A stretch of DNA of 24,761 nt. It comes from a virus (taxonomy: Duplodnaviria > Caudoviricetes). The DNA is taken from the IMG/VR virus record IMGVR_UViG_3300037313_000829, positions 1-24,761 of that record; one strand, 5' to 3'. Position numbers and translations under genes: made by a program. Positions 17,960 through 24,761 of the stretch are shown here, in pieces (positions within the stretch are counted from its first letter, which is position 1; every line of letters starts with the position of its first letter). Below the pieces are notes generated by a model that was not told where the DNA came from, did not search any database, and was given only the letters and a program-made list of their open reading frames with translations.

Positions 17960-18100
17960 TCGAACTTCATGGCCGCCTGATGGCGCGTTTGCCCTCGCGC
18001 GGCGACGCGCTCCGGCCTTCTCCACCTTCAATCGATTCACTGGATCGATTGACATCGCCTGCGGCGATGACGGCTCCGAAGCCCATTTGATGGACATCTG

Positions 18101-21100
18101 ATGAAACTCTGGAAGTATTGGCGCCTGGCGCTGATCACGACGTCGGCGATTGCCCTGTCGGCCAAGGCGGCGTTTGCCATGCCTGCGGCAATCGGCATCC
18201 TGGGCTCGCTAGCCACGTCCGTCGCGGCGGGAGCGTCAGCGGCCCAAGTGGCCATGGGCCTGTTTACCGCAGCGATTTCCTACGGCCTTCAGACGCTGAT
18301 CGGCAATATGCTGGCGCCGGATGTCAAGCAGAAGCGCGTCAAGGAAAAGATCGAGAGCGGCGGCGACAATCCGCTGTCTTTCATACTCGGAGAATATTGC
18401 ACCGCCGGAAAACTGGTCTATGTCAACGAGAGCGCGGGCAACGCCTACCTGACACTGGTGATTTCGCTCAGCGAATTGCCGATCAACTCGTTCTCCACCT
18501 CGGTTTTCATCAACGGGGAAAAGTGCACGCTTGATATCTCGGGCGGATCATTCCTGGAATCCGACGCGCCGAGCCCGGGCTTCTACCGCGTCACCGAATA
18601 TGACAAACTGGACGATGACGATTACAAGCACCAGTATTGCTGGATAAAATTCCTTGACGGCACACAGACGGCCGCCGACTCATACCTGACCGACACATTC
18701 GGCGCCGATCCTGACAAGCCGTGGACGACGGACATGGTGGGACGCGGTTGCGCCTATGCTATCGTCGTCTGCCGCTATTCGTCCAAGGGCGTCTGGTCAG
18801 GCATCCCCGAATTCAAGTTTGTCGTCAAAGGCTGCAAACTTTACGACCCTCGCAAAGACGGATCCGTCGGCGGTACGGGTGCGCAGCGCTGGAACGATCA
18901 ATCCACTTGGGCCTTCTCCGAAAACCCCAAGGTGATGATCTACAATATCCTGCGGGGCCTGTCCTTTAACGGCGATTGGGTCTGGGGCGGGCAGAACGTT
19001 TCCGCCTATCGGCTGCCGCTGTCATATTGGTTCGCGGCGATGAACCACTGTGACGAGGATGTCAATCTCGCCGCCGGCGGCACGCAAAAGCGATACACGG
19101 CCGGCTGTGAAATCCATGTCGACCAGCAGCCTATCGATGTCATCAAGGAACTGGACAAGTGCTGCGCCGGCTACACGACCGAATACGGTGGCAAGTGGAA
19201 GACCTGGGCCGGGCCTCCCGGAAGCTCGGTGCTGTCGATCACCGATGCCGACATCGTCATTACCGAAGAGCAGAGCGACAGCATATTCCGTCCGGTGCAG
19301 GAACTTTATAACGGCGCCCGCGCGACCTATGTGAACCAGAACGGCGGCTGGGTGATGAAGGACGCGCCGCCGCGCATCTTCGACGGCAGCGATGGCGGCG
19401 ACGACCTGGTGGCAGCCGACGGCGGCTATAGCCTGTTTGCCGAACTGCAGTTCCCATACGTCACCAATCCGCAGCAGTGCCAACGCCTCATGCGCCTTGC
19501 CGTGCTCGACAGCCGCCGGCAGATCACCCATACGATGACGCTGCCACCGTCGGCCTATATCCTCGAGCCGTTCGATGTCGACAACTGGAATTCGGATCGG
19601 AATGGCTACGTCAATAAGAAATTCCAGATCACGTCGATCGACGACCAGCCGAACTGCAACCAGCTTGTCGCTGTTCGGGAAACCAATCCCAGCGATTACG
19701 ATTGGGACACGACGTTTGAACTGCCGGACACGGTCGGGCCGCTCAAGCCTGTGCGTCCGGCGCAATTGGCGCTCGATTTCACGGTTGCGCCTGATCAGGT
19801 CGACAAGCCCGGTGGGGGCAAGGATAAGCCGGCCATCCTGATCAGCTGGACATGGGCCTCTCCCGATATCGATCTCGACTATGTCAAATGGGAATGCCGC
19901 AGGGCGGGGCAAACCAAAGTCATCGCCCATGGCACGTTCTACAACACCGACGAGACCAACCGCACCATTACCAGTGCCGCTTTCCGGTTCAAGAACGACT
20001 ATGAGGTGCGGCTATTCGCCCATCCTGACCGCAAAGGGCGGCTGAGCTCCTGGACGGCGTGGAAGAGCGTCACGCTCGTCAATATTGACGTACCCGGCGC
20101 GCCGACTCTGACGCGGGTTTCAGACATGGCCGACGATGGCACGCTCGACTTTTTCCTCGACATTGATTGGACTGCGGTTTCGGCCGAGGTAACCTATAGC
20201 CTCAAGATCGTCACCGGCACGCGGACCTTCTATCGGCCATCGGACGAGAATTCCTTCCGGCTGCCGGTCACGTCGGGCAAGACCTATACCGTCTATGTGC
20301 GTGCCATTGCCGAGGATGGCGGCACCAAGGGCGATTGGTCGACCGGAACGACGATCACTGTCACCAAGAAAAACACCGCGCCTACGACGCCCACCAGCCT
20401 CACCGTGCTGGGTGACTTCCACCAGCTTATCCTTGACTGGAATACCAGCCCCGACAAGGATTTCCATCATGCCAATGTCTACGAGGCGACAACCAACGAT
20501 TTCACGCTGGCGACGATCAGGAAGCGCATCGATGCAGACGGTTGGACACGCACAGGTCTTGCTACCGGTGCCACGCGCTTTTATTGGCTGACCTTTGTCG
20601 ACAAATCGCAGAACGAGAGCGCCAAATTCCCGGCATCGAACACCGGCGGCATCAGCGCCACGACCTCGACGCTGTCGGATTCGGACACCGATGGCACAGG
20701 GCCCTCACCGCCGACCAGCCTCGCGGTGTCTTCCCTCATTGCACTGAACGGCGACGGCAAGGCTGAAATCAATTTTGAAGTGGCCTTCAACGGTATTGCC
20801 AACAAGAAGGCGACCTATGTCATTCGCGTCGAGGACGTTGCGGCCGGCAAGTTCGACTATCATTACGTCAAGGATATCGGCACGGGCGTCGCCACTGCGC
20901 ACCGCAAGACCTTCCCAGTTATCTCCAACACCAATTACAATGTCTCCGCGGCCTCGGTCTCCGGCACCGGTGCGGTCGGTAGTTTCAGCTCCAACGTCAA
21001 CGTCACCGCGCCGAAGAAGAGTGCCATCCCGGGCGCGCCCAGTGGCTTTGCGGTCACTCCGAAAGCCAAAGGCTTCAAAGGCACTTGGACGCAGCCTTCC

Positions 21101-24100
21101 GACACCGACATCAAGAATTTTGAATGGTACGTCAACACGGCCAATAACCAGACCGGCGGCATCGGCGTGGTCAAGGTTGGCAATGGCGACCATTTCCTCT
21201 ATGGCGACGAGCTGACGGTCGGCACGGCCTATTATCTCTTCATCCGCTCGCGCGACCGCTCCGACAATGTCTCCGCCTGGGTAGCGGCGAGCAACAACCC
21301 GCAGACCTATCGTGGCGCGCTGACAGCCGACATCAATGCCGACCAGGTGACGCCATCGCGCACGGCGCCGCTCGACCGCTCCAACATGGTGCGCGGCGCC
21401 GACATGACGGAACTATCCCTGTACAGCAGCACGGGCGGTACGTTATCGACAGCAGCCAGCTCCAATGCGTCCGAGAGTACGAACGAGCTTTCTGTCCCGG
21501 CCACAACGAGTGCCATCACGATCTCGACCTTGGCGGATATTCCAGTCAAGGCCAACAAATGGTACTACGTCAACGGCCATGCCGGCACGACCAATGGCCA
21601 AAGCGCTGGCGTCTACATGCAAGTGCTGTGGTTCTCGGATGCAGCAGGCACGGCCTTCATTACGTCCGACACCCTGCCCGTCATTACTGGCACGACGGTC
21701 ACTGAATTTGAGAAGGTGCTTAAAGCTCCTGCTGGGGCTCGCCGCGCCATGCTGCGGTCTGGTAAGCAAGCCAGTGGCACGGCCGCCGATTTGGTGTTTT
21801 ACGGCCCGATCTTCCGCCGCGCTGCCAACACTGAAATGATCCCGGCCGGTGCCGTGCTTGACGCAAACACCGACCAGACGGCGCCGGCGACGCCTTCCGC
21901 ACCATCCGTTTCTCAGACAAACCGCGATCTGAACGGCGATGGCGCGATCGACATGGGGCTGAAGCTCAGTGTCGCAGCGCTGCCATCCGGCGCCAAGTCG
22001 ATCGTCTTTCGGATCGACGAATATCAGTCCGACGGCACGACGCTGATCGATACCTGGTACGAATACCCGAAGAAGCTGGTCAAGCGCTTCGGGCCGGTGA
22101 TCGCCGGCCATGTCTACAAAGTCTCGGCCGCCGGCGTCAGCTTCAACAATGTCGAAGGGTCGTTCTCCTCGGTCACCAGCTTCACGCCGGCGAAGAAGAG
22201 TGCAACACCCTCCGCGCCGAGCGGCTTTGCGATCACACCCAAGCCCAAGGGGCTGCGCGGCGCCTGGACGCAGCCTGCCGACACCGACATCAAGCGCTAC
22301 GAGTGGTATGTCAACACCGCCAACAGCCAGACCGGTGGCACGCTGGTCAAGGCTGGCAATGGCGACGATTTCCTCTATGCGGCAGAGCTGATGGTCGGCA
22401 CGGCCTATTACGTGTTCATCCGCTCTGTCGATCGCTCCGACCTCGTCTCCGGCTGGGTGGCGGCCAGCAACAACCCGCAGACCTATCGGGCAGCGCAGAC
22501 GGCCGATATCGGCACCGGCCAGGTCACCGACGCGCTCACCGACCAGACGGCGCCGGCGACGCCTTCCGCACCATCCGTTTCTCAGACAAACCGTGATCTG
22601 AACGGCGATGGCGCAATCGACATGGGGCTGAAGCTCAGTGTCGCAGCGCTGCCATCCGGCGCCAAGTCGATTGTCTTTCGGATCGACGAATATCAGTCCG
22701 ATGGCACGACGCTGATCGACACCTGGTACGAATACCCGAAGAAGCTGGTCAAGCGCTTCGGGCCGGTGATCGCCGGCCATGTCTACAAAGTCTCGGCCGC
22801 CGGCGTCAGCTTCAACAATGTCGAGGGATCGTTCTCCTCGGTCACCAGCTTCACGCCGGCGAAGAAGAGTGCGACGCCGTCCGCGCCGAGCGGCTTTGCG
22901 ATCACGCCCAAGCCCAAGGGGCTACGCGGCGCCTGGACGCAAGCCGCCGACACCGACATCAAGCACTACGAGTGGTATGTCAACACCGCCAACAGCCAGA
23001 CCGGTGGCACGCTGGTCAAGGCCGGCAATGGCGACGACTTCCTCTATGCGGCAGAGCTGACGGTCGGCACGGCCTATTACGTGTTCATCCGCTCTGTCGA
23101 TCGCTCCGACCTCGTCTCCGCCTGGGTGGCGGCCAGCAACAATCCGCAGACATATCGTGGCCTGAAGTCGACTGACAGCAACACCAACGATCCTGCGGCC
23201 ATGTGCGAGAATAACGATTTCTCCCTTGGTCCGAATATCGGCTGGAGCAGTCCGGCGGACATTGTCTCAGACGCAGTGAATGCTTTCCGTGGCACTTATG
23301 TCATGACGAAGGCTTATGCTGGCGCGACGGTAAATTACACGAACCGCAATCAACTGCTGTTTCCCGTCCGCGCAGGGGAGCAGTATTATATCGGCGGCAT
23401 GATCAAGACAGATAGCAGCTTTGCTGCAACGTCCGGCGTCGGTTATCGGCTGTCTCTCTGCACGGATGCCGCAGGCGGCACAGAAGTCACCACGCTGGCG
23501 CTCTATTTCCTGACGACTCCGAACACGGCCTGGACGGAATACGGTGGCGTCGTCACCATTCCTTCGACCTCCACGATTGCGTATGCGAGACTGGAGCCAA
23601 CAGTCATCGGTATGACCGCCGGAACGGTGTTCTGGTCGCACATGTTCTGCCGACCGGAAGCCTCAAAGCTGGTAAAAGCTGGCGGCATAACCGACGCAAA
23701 GACCGACCAGACGGCGCCGGCGACGCCCTCTGCGCCGTCCGTGGCACAGACCAACCGCGATCTCAACGGCGACGGCGCGATCGACATGGGGCTGAAGCTC
23801 AGCCTCGCCGCCCTGCCATCCGGCGCGAAATCGATCGTCTTCAGGATCGACGAATATCAGTCTGATGGCACGACGCTGATCGACACCTGGTACGAATACC
23901 CGAAGAAGCTGGTCAAGCGCTTCGGGCCGGTGATAGCCGGCCATGTCTACAAGGTCTCGGCCGCCGGCGTCAGCTTCAACAATGTCGAAGGGTCGTTCTC
24001 CTCGGTCACCAGCTTCACGCCGGCGAAGAAGAGTGCGACGCCATCCGCGCCGAGCGGCTTTGCGATCACGCCCAAGCCCAAGGGCCTGCGCGGCGCCTGG

Positions 24101-24761
24101 ACGCAGCCGGCCGACACCGACATCAAGCGCTACGAGTGGTATGTCAACACCGCCAACAGCCAGAGCGGCGGCAGCCTGGTCAAGGCGGGCAATGGCGACG
24201 ATTTCCTCTATGGCGCAGAGCTGACGGTCGGCACGGCCTATTACGTGTTTATCCGCTCGGTCGACCGCTCCGACCTTGTCTCCGGCTGGGTGGCGGCCAG
24301 CAACAATCCGCAGACCTATCGGGCAGCGCAGACGGCCGATATCGGCACCGGCCAGGTCACCGACGCGCTCACCGACCAGACGGCGCCGGCGACACCATCA
24401 GCGCCGTCCGTGGCACAGACCAACCGCGATCTCAACGGCGACGGCGCGATCGACATGGGGCTGAAGCTCAGCCTCGCCGCCCTGCCATCCGGCGCCAAGT
24501 CGATCGTCTTCAGGATCGACGAATATCAGTCGGATGGCACCACGCTGATCGACACCTGGTACGAATATCCGAAGAAGCTGGTCAAGCGCTTCGGGCCGGT
24601 GATCGCCGGCCATGTCTACAAGGTCTCGGCCGCCGGCGTCAGCTTCAACAATGTCGAAGGGTCGTTCTCCTCGGTCACCAGCTTCACGCCGGCGAAGAAG
24701 AGCGCGACGCCCTCCGCCCCATCAGGCTTTGCGATCACGCCCAAGCCCAAGGGCCTGCGCG
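18101..24761 (+). CDS. Giant tail-tip / host-specificity (gpJ-like) protein with FN3 repeats and carbohydrate-binding modules, >2220 aa, runs off the window; alternative start ATG 18179
   Basis: Unique segments were translated codon by codon with no stop, and the repeats keep frame (periods of 669 and 1833 bp). N-terminal tail-tip motifs: GCKLYDPRKDGSVGG, WAFSENP, ELQFPYVT..QCQRL. It is absent from the ORF track, presumably because there is no stop in the window. Confidence 0.93.
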   Translation, partial: MKLWKYWRLALITTSAIALSAKAAFAMPAAIGILGSLATSVAAGASAAQVAMGLFTAAISYGLQTLIGNMLAPDVKQKRVKEKIESGGDNPLSFILGEYCTAGKLVYVNESAGNAYLTLVISLSELPINSFSTSVFINGEKCTLDISGGSFLESDAPSPGFYRVTEYDKLDDDDYKHQYCWIKFLDGTQTAADSYLTDTFGADPDKPWTTDMVGRGCAYAIVVCRYSSKGVWSGIPEFKFVVKGCKLYDPRKDGSVGGTGAQRWNDQSTWAFSENPKVMIYNILRGLSFNGDWVWGGQNVSAYRLPLSYWFAAMNHCDEDVNLAAGGTQKRYTAGCEIHVDQQPIDVIKELDKCCAGYTTEYGGKWKTWAGPPGSSVLSITDADIVITEEQSDSIFRPVQELYNGARATYVNQNGGWVMKDAPPRIFDGSDGGDDLVAADGGYSLFAELQFPYVTNPQQCQRLMRLAVLDSRRQITHTMTLPPSAYILEPFDVDNWNSDRNGYVNKKFQITSIDDQPNCNQLVAVRETNPSDYDWDTTFELPDTVGPLKPVRPAQLALDFTVAPDQVDKPGGGKDKPAILISWTWASPDIDLDYVKWECRRAGQTKVIAHGTFYNTDETNRTITSAAFRFKNDYEVRLFAHPDRKGRLSSWTAWKSVTLVNIDVPGAPTLTRVSDMADDGTLDFFLDIDWTAVSAEVTYSLKIVTGTRTFYRPSDENSFRLPVTSGKTYTVYVRAIAEDGGTKGDWSTGTTITVTKKNTAPTTPTSLTVLGDFHQLILDWNTSPDKDFHHANVYEATTNDFTLATIRKRIDADGWTRTGLATGATRFYWLTFVDKSQNESAKFPASNTGGISATTSTLSDSDTDGTGPSPPTSLAVSSLIALNGDGKAEINFEVAFNGIANKKATYVIRVEDVAAGKFDYHYVKDIGTGVATAHRKTFPVISNTNYNVSAASVSGTGAVGSFSSNVNVTAPKKSAIPGAPSGFAVTPKAKGFKGTWTQPSDTDIKNFEWYVNTANNQTGGIGVVKVGNGDHFLYGDELTVGTAYYLFIRSRDRSDNVSAWVAASNNPQTYRGALTADINADQVTPSRTAPLDRSNMVRGADMTELSLYSSTGGTLSTAASSNASESTNELSVPATTSAITISTLADIPVKANKWYYVNGHAGTTNGQSAGVYMQVLWFSDAAGTAFITSDTLPVITGTTVTEFEKVLKAPAGARRAMLRSGKQASGTAADLVFYGPIFRRAANTEMIPAGAVLDANTDQTAPATPSAPSVSQTNRDLNGDGAIDMGLKLSVAALPSGAKSIVFRIDEYQSDGTTLIDTWYEYPKKLVKRFGPVIAGHVYKVSAAGVSFNNVEGSFSSVTSFTPAKKSATPSAPSGFAITPKPKGLRGAWTQPADTDIKRYEWYVNTANSQTGGTLVKAGNGDDFLYAAELMVGTAYYVFIRSVDRSDLVSGWVAASNNPQTYRAAQTADIGTGQVTDALTDQTAPATPSAPSVSQTNRDLNGDGAIDMGLKLSVAALPSGAKSIVFRIDEYQSDGTTLIDTWYEYPKKLVKRFGPVIAGHVYKVSAAGVSFNNVEGSFSSVTSFTPAKKSATPSAPSGFAITPKPKGLRGAWTQAADTDIKHYEWYVNTANSQTGGTLVKAGNGDDFLYAAELTVGTAYYVFIRSVDRSDLVSAWVAASNNPQTYRGLKSTDSNTNDPAAMCENNDFSLGPNIGWSSPADIVSDAVNAFRGTYVMTKAYAGATVNYTNRNQLLFPVRAGEQYYIGGMIKTDSSFAATSGVGYRLSLCTDAAGGTEVTTLALYFLTTPNTAWTEYGGVVTIPSTSTIAYARLEPTVIGMTAGTVFWSHMFCRPEASKLVKAGGITDAKTDQTAPATPSAPSVAQTNRDLNGDGAIDMGLKLSLAALPSGAKSIVFRIDEYQSDGTTLIDTWYEYPKKLVKRFGPVIAGHVYKVSAAGVSFNNVEGSFSSVTSFTPAKKSATPSAPSGFAITPKPKGLRGAWTQPADTDIKRYEWYVNTANSQSGGSLVKAGNGDDFLYGAELTVGTAYYVFIRSVDRSDLVSGWVAASNNPQTYRAAQTADIGTGQVTDALTDQTAPATPSAPSVAQTNRDLNGDGAIDMGLKLSLAALPSGAKSIVFRIDEYQSDGTTLIDTWYEYPKKLVKRFGPVIAGHVYKVSAAGVSFNNVEGSFSSVTSFTPAKKSATPSAPSGFAITPKPKGLR
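20687..21352 (+). repeat. Diverged double-FN3 unit R0 (second half, from about 21011, clearly homologous to R1-R4)
   Basis: KKSAIPGAPSGFAVTPKAKG..WYVNTAN..VAASNNPQTYRG matches the later units; the first half keeps only LNGDG and YxVSAA motifs. Confidence 0.75.
21869..22537 (+). repeat. 669-bp intragenic repeat unit R1 (223 aa, two FN3-like domains plus linker)
   Basis: Begins ACCGACCAGACGGCGCCGGCGAC; the same sequence recurs at 22538, 23702 and 24371. Confidence 0.95.
22538..23161 (+). repeat. Repeat unit R2 (linker replaced by CBM cassette 2)
   Basis: Near-identical to R1 up to QTYR; differences are mostly at third codon positions. Confidence 0.95.
23702..24370 (+). repeat. Repeat unit R3 (669 bp)
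   Basis: 1833 bp downstream of R1; same linker AAQTADIGTGQVTDAL. Confidence 0.95.
24371..24761 (+). repeat. Repeat unit R4 (truncated by window edge)
   Basis: 1833 bp downstream of R2 and 669 bp downstream of R3. Confidence 0.95.

Larger units (their letters stand above)
1..24761 (+). mobile_element. Siphovirus-type phage/prophage head and tail morphogenesis module, truncated at both window edges
   Basis: Contiguous co-oriented terminase-portal-protease-capsid-neck-tube-chaperone-TMP-tail tip genes with tight or overlapping start/stop junctions; no sheath gene. Whether it is integrated or a free phage cannot be seen. Confidence 0.96.

Noticed and set aside
22110-24464. Repeated short + strand ORFs (MSTKSRPPASAS..., MVCQHRQQ...)
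   Set aside because: These are off-frame readings of the 669-bp repeats inside the giant gene, with Arg/Ser/Pro-rich composition typical of wrong frames.
21869-24761. Diversity-generating retroelement (TR/VR pair)
   Set aside because: Differences between copies are mostly synonymous third-position changes of all types rather than adenine-specific. Units are long and in-frame, and no reverse transcriptase is present in the window.
21869-24761. Repeats as a pure assembly artefact
   Set aside because: Each copy has private, mostly synonymous substitutions, the frame is preserved, and the copies enclose distinct unique cassettes. Exact copy number and phasing still need long reads.
21869-24761. 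CRISPR array or invertible shufflon
   Set aside because: The repeats are ~0.67-kb coding direct repeats, not 25-45-bp repeats with spacers. No inverted recombination sites or invertase were seen in the window.
1-24761. Gene transfer agent (RcGTA-like) or tailocin
   Set aside because: The 1295-aa TMP, S49 protease, HTH-bearing TerS and giant tip protein differ from the compact RcGTA cluster, and the full head and packaging genes exclude a tailocin.

Overview
The whole window is the late (morphogenesis) operon of a long-tailed, non-contractile (siphovirus-type) phage or prophage. All credible genes are on the + strand, and the high GC and protein styles suggest an alphaproteobacterial, Rhizobiaceae-like host (inference). 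Gene order: terS, terL, small membrane protein, HK97-type portal, S49 head protease with an extra C-terminal domain, HK97-fold major capsid, decoration protein, helix-extension-helix repeat protein, head-tail joining genes, tail tube, G/GT tail chaperones joined by an A_AAA_AAC -1 frameshift, a 1295-aa tape measure protein with an internal lysozyme-like domain, Dit, hub-like and NlpC/P60-like tail-tip genes. The most striking element is missing from the ORF track. It is a stop-free reading frame from 18101 to the window edge (>2220 codons) encoding a giant tail-tip/host-specificity protein. It begins with a signal-peptide-like leader, sits behind a multi-hairpin intergenic region, and is built from near-identical 669-bp double-FN3 units that bracket divergent carbohydrate-binding-module cassettes in a 1833-bp higher-order period, with a mosaic pattern suggesting recombination between units. 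No tRNA, rRNA, CRISPR, IS, integrase or lysis genes were seen. All family assignments come from reading motifs and synteny by eye; no database search was run.
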